From Bacteroidia bacterium (GTDB lineage Bacteria; Bacteroidota; Bacteroidia; Chitinophagales; UBA2359), in assembly GCA_030427245.1 (NCBI GenBank), contig JAUHXA010000001.1:91899-155898 (forward strand): DNA of 64,000 bases. Direction: 5' to 3'. Below, in pieces: positions 51,042 through 60,667 of this stretch. Under the pieces are notes generated by a model. That model was not told where the DNA came from. It saw only the letters and a list, made by a program, of their open reading frames with translations, and did no database searches. Every line of letters begins with the position of its first letter. The first letter of the stretch is position 1. The position numbers and the translations under genes are program-made.

Positions 51042-53966
51042 ATGAACAACTCTATTGATTTGACCACTGTACAGGCAGATGCCTTATTTGAACAAGGAGA
51101 AAATCTTTTTCAAAAAGATAGTAGTAGCGATTACTATGTTTTTTTTGAAAAAGCATCTGAGATATACTGGAAAGTTGAAAATTGGGAAAAATACCTATGG
51201 TGTCAATGCAAAATGACGGATTGGCTGAATGTAAAAAATCATGTCCAAAAGGCAAAAAAAATCACAGAGGAGGGATTGGAGCTATGTAATCAAAAAATAA
51301 CTGTACCTCACGAATTGAAAGCTGAATTTCATTATAGGTTGTTTAAGTGCAATTTTCTTCAACGCCATTATGAACAAGCCCACCTCCATGCAGCCCAAAT
51401 GCTTGAAATAGCGCAAGCCTTGAATCATAATAGACTCACCGCAAAGGCATATCTATCAATGGCTAATGTTAACATGCACACTGAAAAATATGCACATAGT
51501 TTATCTCTTTTATTCAAAGCACTGCCTTATACGAAAGAATCGGCTGACAAATCAGAGAAAATAGATTTATGGAAATCAATAGGTCATGCTTACTTTCATT
51601 TGAAGCAATACCAACTTTCCAAAATTTACTTTTTGAGGACGGTCTATTTATTCAAACAGCACTTTGGAAGCGATTCTCTTTTTCTTGCCAATCCCATGAT
51701 AATGCTGGGAAAGATTGATATGCGAGTAGGTGACTATACGGAAGCATTGAAGCATTACGAAAAAGCTTTGAAAATCAAAGAAAAACATGCTATCGAAGAT
51801 GTAGAACTGTCTTATCTATTTTCTTTGTTGGGAGAGATTTATTTTCTTTTAGAAAAATGGGAGAATGCAGATAACTATTTTGAAAAAGCCATCAGAACAC
51901 AAAAAAACATCAATGAGAAGGATTTTAGATGGTTTGCTGCCGCCTATTATCAATGGGCAAACCTACATTTACAACAAAATCGCCTAAAACAAGGAAGACA
52001 GTTCTTAGAAAAAGCCAAGGCAGTTTTACTCCCTACTAATGCTGCGTTTTTAATGGCTCATACTTATCTATTGGAAGTAGATTTTGCTTGTGCAGCGCAT
52101 GAATTTAACTACGCATTGAAGGTGGTAACACAAGCAAACAAATATGTTGAAGATGTTGGGGTCAATAAAAAAGCGGATAGCCACTTATTGAAGTTTTCAT
52201 TGTATGAAAAACAACTAAATGTTTATTGGAACCTTTATCAAAATAGTTCTTCAAAAACCTTCTTGGAAAAAGGACATCAACTATTGCCTAAAATCCAGCA
52301 ACACATTGAGAGTGTACGTTTATCTTTTTTTAATGAGGCAGATAAATTGACATTCAATCAAGCTGCGACCAACATTTACCATCTTTCGATTAATCTCTTG
52401 TATGTGCTTTATTCACTGCAACCGAGTAAAAAGCTTTTAGAAGAAATTTTTTCTGTATCAGAAAAAAATAAAGTACACAGCCTATTGGCTTCTATTCAAA
52501 GCTTTGAAGCACTGCAATTATCCAAAATTCCTAAACAACACATAGAGAAGCTACAAATGCTTCCATCACAGATAAATAATTGTCAAGTATTCTTAACACA
52601 GCAAGGGAAAAGACTCCTCCCAGAAGAAAAATTTGATGAAAAATCAAAGGAGTTAGCTCGGCTCCAAATCCAATACCATCAGCTTATTCTCCAAATAGAA
52701 CAAGAAAATCCAGCATATTTTGCATTGAAACATCAGATGCCTTCTATTCACTTGAGCGATTTCCAAGTTCAACTAGCCCATCACCAAATTGCGATTAGTT
52801 ATGTACTTGAAGCGGAATTTTTGTATCTATTATACATAGACAATCAGAATATTCACCTAAAGAGAATTTCTCTTCCTCCCCATTTCCCTCAATTATTGGA
52901 TACCTTTATTGATGAGGCCATTTTGGGCATGAACCGCAAAGCTTATGTCAAACAAGCCCACCAATTGTACCAATTGCTCATCGCTCCAATTGAAGGAAAA
53001 CTAAATCAAAACAAAATTCAATCGTTGCTGATTCTTCCAGACAGTCACTTATTGGAACTGCCCTTTGGATTATTGTTGACTGAAGCAAGTTCTTTCAAAA
53101 CGGCTTATTCATCTCTCCCCTATTTACTCAAAAAATACAACATTACCTACCATTATTCCGCTACTTTGCGGCAATATCAACAGCAGCGAAACCAAGGCTC
53201 TAAAAACTTAACCCCTCAATTTTTGGGCTTTGCACCTGTTTACGACAATCAACACTTTCCCTCTGAAGTATCTGAAGCCCTACCTGCATTGGCAACGAGA
53301 GATATTTCCATTCGGGGAAGTCACTACAAGGCATTGCTTTATTCCGAAAAAGAGGTGAAAGACATTGAAGATACTTTTCGAGAAAAGGGCTACAATTCAC
53401 AGGTTTTTCTACGTTCAAAAGCCAATTTGACACGATTCAAAGAAAAAGCACAAAGATTTACTCCCAAATACTTACACATTGCAGCACATGGAGTTTCCAA
53501 TCGCCGCAAAAATGTGTTGGGGATTTTGTTTTCACCAGAGAAAGAGGCACTAAGTGCTTCTACCTTCAATGTCATTCCTTCAAAAAAAACTCCTTTACAG
53601 GCTCGCCAACAAACAGCTTCCTCGTCCCAAAGTGCCATTTTGTATGCCCACGAACTGTATCAATTGAAGCTCAAAAGTGATTTGGTGTTTTTGAGTTGTT
53701 GTGAAAGTGGTGTAGGCAGAATTGCAGAAGGGGAAGGCATTTTGTCGCTCAACAGAGGCCTCTTGTATGCAGGTGTTCCCAACATCGTTTTTACCCTCTT
53801 CAAGATTTACGACCAAACCACCGCCATTCTTGCCCATCATTTCTACGATTATCTACTGAATCAAGAAGACAATTATGCCCAAGCCTTGCGTTATGCCAAG
53901 CTGCAATTATTGAAGGAAGATTTGCCGCCGAGGTATTGGGGTGGTTTTTTGTTATTAGGAGATTGA
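51042..53966 (+). CDS. TPR-repeat + CHAT domain protein, paralog 2
   Basis: 974 aa with the same architecture as paralog 1. Catalytic His is in YLHIAAHGVSN and Cys in LVFLSCCESGVGR. Confidence 0.9.
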   Translation: MNNSIDLTTVQADALFEQGENLFQKDSSSDYYVFFEKASEIYWKVENWEKYLWCQCKMTDWLNVKNHVQKAKKITEEGLELCNQKITVPHELKAEFHYRLFKCNFLQRHYEQAHLHAAQMLEIAQALNHNRLTAKAYLSMANVNMHTEKYAHSLSLLFKALPYTKESADKSEKIDLWKSIGHAYFHLKQYQLSKIYFLRTVYLFKQHFGSDSLFLANPMIMLGKIDMRVGDYTEALKHYEKALKIKEKHAIEDVELSYLFSLLGEIYFLLEKWENADNYFEKAIRTQKNINEKDFRWFAAAYYQWANLHLQQNRLKQGRQFLEKAKAVLLPTNAAFLMAHTYLLEVDFACAAHEFNYALKVVTQANKYVEDVGVNKKADSHLLKFSLYEKQLNVYWNLYQNSSSKTFLEKGHQLLPKIQQHIESVRLSFFNEADKLTFNQAATNIYHLSINLLYVLYSLQPSKKLLEEIFSVSEKNKVHSLLASIQSFEALQLSKIPKQHIEKLQMLPSQINNCQVFLTQQGKRLLPEEKFDEKSKELARLQIQYHQLILQIEQENPAYFALKHQMPSIHLSDFQVQLAHHQIAISYVLEAEFLYLLYIDNQNIHLKRISLPPHFPQLLDTFIDEAILGMNRKAYVKQAHQLYQLLIAPIEGKLNQNKIQSLLILPDSHLLELPFGLLLTEASSFKTAYSSLPYLLKKYNITYHYSATLRQYQQQRNQGSKNLTPQFLGFAPVYDNQHFPSEVSEALPALATRDISIRGSHYKALLYSEKEVKDIEDTFREKGYNSQVFLRSKANLTRFKEKAQRFTPKYLHIAAHGVSNRRKNVLGILFSPEKEALSASTFNVIPSKKTPLQARQQTASSSQSAILYAHELYQLKLKSDLVFLSCCESGVGRIAEGEGILSLNRGLLYAGVPNIVFTLFKIYDQTTAILAHHFYDYLLNQEDNYAQALRYAKLQLLKEDLPPRYWGGFLLLGD

Positions 53967-54048
53967 TTTTTGCCTGCTATTTCTTATTTGTAAGCAATAA
54001 ATTCTCTTTTTCGTAAATTTGTGTTTTTTGTAAACAACTGCACTTATT

Positions 54049-56964
54049 ATGAAAGGGGTTAATTTGAATAAAGATATAGCAAAAGCAGATGAATTATTTG
54101 AAGAAGGGGAATGTCTATTTCAAGCAAACAATGCCAATGATTACTACGATTTTTTTGAAAAGGCATCTATCACCTATCAATTTTTTGAAAATTGGGAGAA
54201 GTACCTATGGTGTCAGTATAGAATAACTATTTGGCTGTGTGTGAGACATCAAATTCAAAAAGCGAAGGATATTGCAGAAAATGAATTGGAGAGATGTTTA
54301 CAAAAAATAGTTGGAGAGCATGAGTTGAAAGCAGAATTTCACTACAGATTGTTTTACTGCAATTTTTATCAAGCAAATTACGAATCTGCTACCTATCATG
54401 CAAATGAATGTCTAAAAATAGCACAGGCTCTAAATCATTCGACACTCATTATAAAAGCTTACAATGCAATTGCGAGCATAAATTTACATCTTGAAAAATA
54501 CACAGAGGGTTTATCATTTTTATTCAAGGCGCTGTCTTATTCAAAGTTTTTGGCTCAAAATTTAGAAACAATTCACATCTATCAAACGATGGGTCATGCG
54601 TATTTTCATTTAAGACAATTTCACCTTTCTCGTGTTTATTTTTTGAGAACGATTGATTTGTATAAAAAACTATTTGGAAATGAGTATCCCCCTCTCACCA
54701 ATTGTATGCTGATGATGGGCATGATAGACACAGAACAAGAAAGTTTCTCAGAGGCATTAGAATACTTTAGCAAACTTATAGACATTAAGGAAAAGTTACA
54801 AATTGAAGATAGAGAGCTTACAAGTACATTGTTTTATTTGGCAAAAATCAATGTTTATTTAGGAAATTGGGAGAAGGCAGGAGAATATTTTGAAAAATCC
54901 ATTAGCGTTCAGGAACGTATTCAAGAAAATAGTTATCGGTGGTTTGCAAATACTTATTATACATGGGCTAACATACATATAGAGAATGGTCATTTTGAAG
55001 TTGGCAAGTTTTATTTGGAAAAGGCAATTACAACACTTCCCTCAGAAACCACCTTGCCTCTTATACATGCTTACTTATTGAAAGTCGACATTGCGTTGAA
55101 AGAAAACAAATATACTGATGCGCTTAATTATATTGGAATGGTTCGGGATTGTTTGAGAAATATTATTGCAAACCAATCGGGGGAGTGGCGATTTCTTCAA
55201 TTTTCATTTTATAAAAGGCAGCTATTTATATACTGGAAACTTTATTTGGAAAACCATTCAATAACCTACTTACAAAAAGGAAATGCGCTTTTGTCTAAGG
55301 CTCTTCAACTCATTGATGAAACACGCATGAGTTTGTTTTCTAATTTAGATAAGTTGGAGTTCAATCAAACTGCAATAAGTATTTATCATACTGCGATTAA
55401 CCTAACTTATGCGCTTTTCTCAATCAATCGTGAGCATAAACTATTGGAACAAATATTCATTCTATCTGAAAAAAGCAAAGTTCATAGTCTTTTAGCTTCG
55501 ATTCAAGATTTTGAAGCACTTCAACTGACCAATATCCCCAAAAAACAGACGACAAAATTGCTAAAACTTCAATCACAAATAAAAGATTATCAAAAATATT
55601 TGGAAGTAAATGAAGCAGATATAAGTAAAGAAAATTTTGATAAAAATGCGGAAGAACTTGCTAACCTTCAAGTTCGATACCATCAACTTATACAACAAAT
55701 AGAACAAGAAAATTCCGAATATTTTGCGTTGAAACATCAGATGCCTTCTATTCACTTGAGCGATTTCCAAGTTCAACTAGCCCATCACCAAACTGCGATT
55801 AGTTATGTACTTGAAGCGGAATTTTTGTATATACTATACATGGACAATCAAAACCTCCATCTAACGAGTATTTCTCTTCCTGCTCATTTTCCTCAATTAT
55901 TGGATACTTTTATTGACGAAGCAATTTTGGGCATGAATCGCAAAGTTTTTGTAGAACAAGCACACCAATTGTATCAATTGCTTATCCTTCCCATTGAAGG
56001 AAAATTAAAACAAAACAAAACTCAATCTCTGCTGATTCTTCCAGATAGTCACCTATTGGAACTTTCCTTTGGCTTGCTATTGACTGAAGCGACTCCCTTC
56101 AAAACAGCGTATTCCAATATGCCGTATTTGTTCAAAGAATACAGCATTACCTACCATTATTCCGCTACTTTGCGGCAATATCAACAACAGCGAAACAAAG
56201 GCTCCAAGAACTTGCCCCCTCAATTTTTGGGTTTCGCTCCCGTTTACGATACCCAACAATTTCCCTCCAATGTGTCCGAAGCCCTACCTGCATTGGCAAC
56301 AAGGGATGTTTCCATTCGGGGTACTCACTACAAGGCATTGCTTTATTCTGAAAAAGAGGTGAAAGACATTGAAGATACTTTTCGAAAAAAAGGCTGGAAT
56401 TCACAGGTTTTTCTGCGTTCAAAAGCCAATTTGACACAATTTAAAGAAAAAGCACAGCAATTTACTCCTAAATACTTACACATCGCAGCACATGGAGTTT
56501 CCAATCGCCGCAAAAATGTATTGGGGATTTTGTTTTCGCCCGACAAAAAACAGACTCCAATTTCGACTGATACCTCCTCCAATGCAAATCCTCTCGAACC
56601 TCGACAACAAAATGCTTTATCTACTCAAAGTGCCATTTTGTATGCCCACGAACTGTATCAACTAAAGCTCAAAAGCGACTTGGTTTTTTTGAGTTGTTGC
56701 GAAAGTGGGGTAGGTAAAATTGCAGCAGGAGAAGGGATTTTATCGCTCAATCGGGGCTTGTTGTATGCAGGTGTTCCCAACATCGTTTTTACCCTCTTCA
56801 AGATTTATGACCAAAAAACAGCCATTTTTGCCCACCATTTTTACGATTATTTGCTGAATCAAGAAGACAATTATGCTCAAGCTTTGCGCTATGCCAAGCT
56901 GCAATTATTGAAGGAAGATTTGCCGCCGAGGTATTGGGGTGGGTTTTTGTTGTTGGGGAATTGA
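54049..56964 (+). CDS. TPR-repeat + CHAT domain protein, paralog 3
   Basis: 971 aa, 82 nt downstream of paralog 2. The C-terminal 150 aa are identical to paralog 1 except the last residue. Confidence 0.9.
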   Translation: MKGVNLNKDIAKADELFEEGECLFQANNANDYYDFFEKASITYQFFENWEKYLWCQYRITIWLCVRHQIQKAKDIAENELERCLQKIVGEHELKAEFHYRLFYCNFYQANYESATYHANECLKIAQALNHSTLIIKAYNAIASINLHLEKYTEGLSFLFKALSYSKFLAQNLETIHIYQTMGHAYFHLRQFHLSRVYFLRTIDLYKKLFGNEYPPLTNCMLMMGMIDTEQESFSEALEYFSKLIDIKEKLQIEDRELTSTLFYLAKINVYLGNWEKAGEYFEKSISVQERIQENSYRWFANTYYTWANIHIENGHFEVGKFYLEKAITTLPSETTLPLIHAYLLKVDIALKENKYTDALNYIGMVRDCLRNIIANQSGEWRFLQFSFYKRQLFIYWKLYLENHSITYLQKGNALLSKALQLIDETRMSLFSNLDKLEFNQTAISIYHTAINLTYALFSINREHKLLEQIFILSEKSKVHSLLASIQDFEALQLTNIPKKQTTKLLKLQSQIKDYQKYLEVNEADISKENFDKNAEELANLQVRYHQLIQQIEQENSEYFALKHQMPSIHLSDFQVQLAHHQTAISYVLEAEFLYILYMDNQNLHLTSISLPAHFPQLLDTFIDEAILGMNRKVFVEQAHQLYQLLILPIEGKLKQNKTQSLLILPDSHLLELSFGLLLTEATPFKTAYSNMPYLFKEYSITYHYSATLRQYQQQRNKGSKNLPPQFLGFAPVYDTQQFPSNVSEALPALATRDVSIRGTHYKALLYSEKEVKDIEDTFRKKGWNSQVFLRSKANLTQFKEKAQQFTPKYLHIAAHGVSNRRKNVLGILFSPDKKQTPISTDTSSNANPLEPRQQNALSTQSAILYAHELYQLKLKSDLVFLSCCESGVGKIAAGEGILSLNRGLLYAGVPNIVFTLFKIYDQKTAIFAHHFYDYLLNQEDNYAQALRYAKLQLLKEDLPPRYWGGFLLLGN

Positions 56965-56991
56965 AGTTTCCATTTTGAAATGTAATTTTCG

Positions 56992-58452
56992 CTACAAATT
57001 CACAAATAAATCATCTAAGGTCAATGTTTGAGAAAAAATAGCCTGACTATGTACATTTTCTACAACCCCTTGTGCAGCAATCAACACATAAAAAATCTGT
57101 TTTTGGGTTTTGGTTATGCTTTTGAATATACTCCGTTTTTGCCTCAAATTATCTGCATAAGATTTGGAAACGATAAAAGGGTCTGCATAAAATTTAATCT
57201 CAAAAAGATTGATAGCTCCATCATTGCGGTCAATCAATAAATCTATTTGTGTGCCTGATTCTGTAGAAGAGCCTTTGTAGTAAAAAGAGGAAGACAAAGA
57301 ATAAATTCCCGCTATGTCCAAACTCTTTTTTATCTGTGGAATGTGCTTTAAACACAAACTTTCAAACGCATAACCACTCCAAGTTTTAAAGGCTTGTGTT
57401 TGGCTGAGGTGATTCCAAACCGATTTGCCCTCATAGGCTTTTCTTTCAATAAACTTTAGGTAAAACAAGGAATACTCATCTGTGAGTCGGTAGAGGCGAT
57501 TTTTCTTCTTTTTGTTAAAAGGGCGATAGGCAGAGATGAAGCCCGAATACTCCAATTCCTCCAATACACGGGTAGTGCTATTGCCATTTGGAAGGTTCAC
57601 AGTTTTAATGATTTCATTTCTGGTCAAGCCTTTTTGTTTGGTAGCCAAAGCTCTGATAACGGCAATGTGCTTGTCTGCATGGGCAAATAAAGCAGGGTAA
57701 AGGCGAGAAAATTCGGTACGGAGTAAGCCATTTGGGGAAAAGCAAATTTGATTGATATTTTGAACAGCCGTTTTTCCTCTTTGCACTTCTTTCAAATGAT
57801 GCGGAATGCCGCCCAATGCCAAATACAATTGAGTGATTTGATAACGGGTGAAGTCAAAATCTTTTGCTTGAAAGTAAGTTTCCGTTTCTGCCAAAGTAAA
57901 AGGGGATAAAAAAATACGTTTGGTTACCCGATTGTAAAGTCCTCCTTTGTTATTGATGACTTTTTGAATCATCCAAGATGCTGCCGAACCACATACCACC
58001 AAGACGATGTTTTTTTTGGCTGCCCAACTGTTCCAGAAATAACTCAAACCTGTTAAAAAACCCGATTTATGGGTGGACAACCAAGGCAATTCATCTAAGA
58101 ACACCACCTTTTTTTCCGCTCCAAGTTGTTCATCTAAGTAAGTCGTCAATATATCAAAAGCACGCAACCAACTTTTGGGTCTTTCCAAAGGAATTTTGGA
58201 TTGGGTTAGTTTTGTCAATCGAATCGCAAAATTGTCCAACTGTTCTGCTTTGGTAGCATCCTGCAAACCTGTTATTTGAAAAACGATTTGGTCTTGGTAA
58301 ACAGACTCAATTAAGTAAGTCTTACCTACTCGCCTGCGTCCAATCACTGCAATCATTTCCGCCTCTTTGGAGCTAAGGGCAGCTTCCAAAATTTCTTTTT
58401 CTTCATTTCGACCAATAAAAAAGCTTGCCATAGTATAGAGTATTTCTGACAA
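56992..58452 (-). CDS. P-loop ATPase of the Arch_ATPase (PF01637)/DUF234 type
   Basis: 486 aa. FIGRNEEKEILEAALSSKEAEMIAVIGRRRVGKTYLI (Walker A), VVFLDELPWL (Walker B), and a C-terminal winged-helix/DUF234-like region. It is convergent with CHAT paralog 3, with a 27-nt gap. Confidence 0.75.
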   Translation of the reverse strand: MSEILYTMASFFIGRNEEKEILEAALSSKEAEMIAVIGRRRVGKTYLIESVYQDQIVFQITGLQDATKAEQLDNFAIRLTKLTQSKIPLERPKSWLRAFDILTTYLDEQLGAEKKVVFLDELPWLSTHKSGFLTGLSYFWNSWAAKKNIVLVVCGSAASWMIQKVINNKGGLYNRVTKRIFLSPFTLAETETYFQAKDFDFTRYQITQLYLALGGIPHHLKEVQRGKTAVQNINQICFSPNGLLRTEFSRLYPALFAHADKHIAVIRALATKQKGLTRNEIIKTVNLPNGNSTTRVLEELEYSGFISAYRPFNKKKKNRLYRLTDEYSLFYLKFIERKAYEGKSVWNHLSQTQAFKTWSGYAFESLCLKHIPQIKKSLDIAGIYSLSSSFYYKGSSTESGTQIDLLIDRNDGAINLFEIKFYADPFIVSKSYADNLRQKRSIFKSITKTQKQIFYVLIAAQGVVENVHSQAIFSQTLTLDDLFVNL

Positions 58453-58473
58453 AAATAAAACTTTTGGTCGTCA

Positions 58474-58550
58474 ATATAGATTTATTTGTGACTAAATGTA
58501 GCGTTTTGGAGGTAGATTTGGTCATTAATACTGTTTTATTAGTGACCAAA
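58474..58550. promoter_or_regulatory. Two ~33-bp direct repeats, each an inverted repeat (TTTGGTCA-N18-TGACCAAA), upstream of the ATPase gene
   Basis: TTGGTCGTCAATATAGATTTATTTGTGACTAAA (58474-58506) and TTGGTCATTAATACTGTTTTATTAGTGACCAAA (58518-58550). They lie 20-100 nt upstream of the start at 58452. Confidence 0.45.
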
Positions 58551-58582
58551 AATAATTTAATTTCAAAATATTGTTTTTTATC

Positions 58583-58624
58583 AAAAAAAAAAGGCTTCAA
58601 AACGAGATTGTTTTGAAGCCTTTT
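58583..58624 (-). terminator. Bidirectional hairpin terminator 3' of tRNA-Cys
   Basis: GGCTTCAAAAC gagatt GTTTTGAAGCC, flanked by A10 on the left (a U-run on the minus strand) and TTTT on the right. Confidence 0.75.
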
Positions 58625-58632
58625 ACAATTAT

Positions 58633-58706
58633 TGGAGGTCGAGAGCGGATTCGAACCGCTGTACAAGGTTTTGCAGACCTCTGCCTAGCCACTCGGCCAC
58701 TCGACC
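58633..58706 (-). tRNA. tRNA-Cys: tRNA-Cys (anticodon GCA), CCA encoded
   Basis: The rc reads GGTCGAGTGGCCGAGTGGCTAGGCAGAGGTCTGCAAAACCTTGTACAGCGGTTCGAATCCGCTCTCGACCTCCA. Acceptor stem: 7 bp, GGTCGAG/CTCGACC. Anticodon stem GAGGT/ACCTT with loop CTGCAAA. T arm AGCGG-TTCGAAT-CCGCT. The discriminator is U, as expected for tRNA-Cys. Confidence 0.9.
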
Positions 58707-58798
58707 ATTCTTTAAAATGGAACGCAAAGATAGTTTTTTTTTATTGTAGTCAAAAATTTTTCTTCTTTTTCATGCAAGTCTTTTGATAAAATTAGACT

Positions 58799-59155
58799 TC
58801 AAAAACTCCTTTCTACTTCAATATAAGTACGCTCTACTTTTGAAGAAAAAGGAGGGTTCCATTTTGACACCCTTATTTTGATGTGTTTCAAATTAGCCTC
58901 TAATGCAATAACTTGTGTTAAAATTTGCTGCGCTACATGTTCGATTAATTTTGAAGGTTTTTGCATGACCTCTTGTGTGATAGCAAACACCGTTTCGTAG
59001 TTAATCGTTCCCGAAAGCTCATCTTTTTCGGCTGCTTTATCAAAGTTGGTACTTAAATATACATCCACAGTATATTGTCCTCCAATGATTTGTTCTTCGG
59101 CATAATAACCGTGATACGCATAAAATTCCATTCCTTCGAGGGCAATGAGTGACAT
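58799..59155 (-). CDS. folB: Dihydroneopterin aldolase
   Basis: 118 aa. MSLIALEGMEFYAYHGYYAEEQIIGGQYTVDVYL...INYETV...LIEHVAQQI is typical of FolB. Confidence 0.8.
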   Translation of the reverse strand: MSLIALEGMEFYAYHGYYAEEQIIGGQYTVDVYLSTNFDKAAEKDELSGTINYETVFAITQEVMQKPSKLIEHVAQQILTQVIALEANLKHIKIRVSKWNPPFSSKVERTYIEVERSF

Positions 59156-59243
59156 TCTTTGTATTTTTGTGGTTTAGAGATAGACGTAAGATTTAAGACA
59201 AAAGACGTAAGACTCTTAATTTTCTAAAAACAAACAAACACAA

Positions 59244-60482
59244 ATGTCGACAAAACTCGTAGAACCCCAAACTTCAAACGGCACTGCACACTCTAAAACG
59301 GCTGCGGGGCAAGACTTATACAAACATCCTGACTATTTTTTGGTAGAAGAACTTTTGACGGACGAACACCGATTGATTCGTGAATCGGTACAGGCTTGGG
59401 TCAAAAAGGAGGTCAGTCCTATTATTGAAGATTATGCACAACGTGCTGCTTTTCCACATCAGTTATTGAAAGGATTGGGCGAAATTGGAGCTTTTGGTCC
59501 CACGATTCCTGTGGAATATGGCGGTTCGGGTTTGGATTACATTTCGTATGGCATCATCATGCAGGAATTGGAGCGTGGAGATTCGGGAATTCGCTCGACG
59601 GCATCGGTGCAAAGTTCTTTGGTGATGTATCCGATATACACTTTTGGTACTGAGGAACAAAGAAAAAAATACTTACCCAAACTCGCAACGGGTGAAATGA
59701 TGGGTTGTTTTGGTTTGACTGAACCTGATCATGGCTCGAATCCTGGCGGCATGGTGACAACTATCAAAGACAAAGGCGACCATTATTTGTTGAATGGCGC
59801 AAAAATGTGGATTTCAAATTCTCCTTTTGCAGACATCGCTGTGGTGTGGGCAAAAGATGAGGAAGGAATCATTCGTGGTTTGATAGTTGAACGTGGTATG
59901 GAGGGTTTTACGACTCCCGAAATTCATGGAAAATGGTCGCTTCGTGCTTCGGCTACGGGTGAGTTGGTGTTTGACAATGTGAAAGTTCCGAAAGAAAACT
60001 TGTTGCCAAAATCAAAGGGATTGAAGTCGCCTTTGATGTGTTTGTCTTCGGCTCGTTTTGGCATTGCTTGGGGCGCAATTGGCGCAGCTTCTGACTGTTA
60101 TGATTCTGCTTTGCGTTATTCTTTGCAGCGAGAACAGTTCGGCAAACCGATTGCAGCGTTCCAATTGACGCAAAAAAAACTCGCTGAAATGATTACCGAA
60201 ATCACCAAGGCTCAGTTGTTGGCTTGGCGTTTGGGCGTTTTGAAAAACGAAGGTCGTGCGACTCCTGCCCAAATCTCGATGGGCAAGCGCAACAATGTGG
60301 ACATGGCTTTGAAGATTGCTCGGGAAGCCCGACAGATTCATGGCGGTATGGGCATTAGCGGCGAATATTCGATTATGCGCCATAGTATGAATTTGGAGTC
60401 TGTGGTGACGTATGAAGGTACGCACGATATTCACCTATTGATTACGGGAATGGATGTAACGGGGATTAATGCTTTTATGTAA
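59244..60482 (+). CDS. Acyl-CoA dehydrogenase, glutaryl-CoA-dehydrogenase-like
   Basis: 412 aa. ...GCFGLTEPDHGSNPGGM...NGAKMWISNSP.ADIAVVWAK...QFGKPIAAFQLTQKKLAEM...YEGTHDIH. Confidence 0.85.
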   Translation: MSTKLVEPQTSNGTAHSKTAAGQDLYKHPDYFLVEELLTDEHRLIRESVQAWVKKEVSPIIEDYAQRAAFPHQLLKGLGEIGAFGPTIPVEYGGSGLDYISYGIIMQELERGDSGIRSTASVQSSLVMYPIYTFGTEEQRKKYLPKLATGEMMGCFGLTEPDHGSNPGGMVTTIKDKGDHYLLNGAKMWISNSPFADIAVVWAKDEEGIIRGLIVERGMEGFTTPEIHGKWSLRASATGELVFDNVKVPKENLLPKSKGLKSPLMCLSSARFGIAWGAIGAASDCYDSALRYSLQREQFGKPIAAFQLTQKKLAEMITEITKAQLLAWRLGVLKNEGRATPAQISMGKRNNVDMALKIAREARQIHGGMGISGEYSIMRHSMNLESVVTYEGTHDIHLLITGMDVTGINAFM

Positions 60483-60667
60483 AACTGAAAGGATGGAACA
60501 CTGACTGAATAGATTTAACTGATTGAGACTGATAACTGTTCAAATCTTTTGAATCTGTTCAATCAGCGTGCTATTTCATCAAATACTTCAACCTGAAGAA
60601 AAATGATAAGAAGTTTTGGAGATAAAAAAACGGAAACATTAGCCAATTTGGATAATAAGTCTTTTTC

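Noticed and set aside
53200-53840. Several 77-82-aa antisense ORFs inside the CHAT genes (also at 16104-16700 and 56077-56582)
   Set aside because: They recur only because the CHAT genes are paralogous. They lie antisense to strongly supported coding sequence and have no independent signals.
58633-58706. tRNA-Cys as the integration site of a genomic island containing the CHAT/ATPase genes
   Set aside because: The window contains no integrase or excisionase, and I found no second copy (direct repeat) of the tRNA 3' half. The flanking genes beyond it are housekeeping, but that alone does not define an island.
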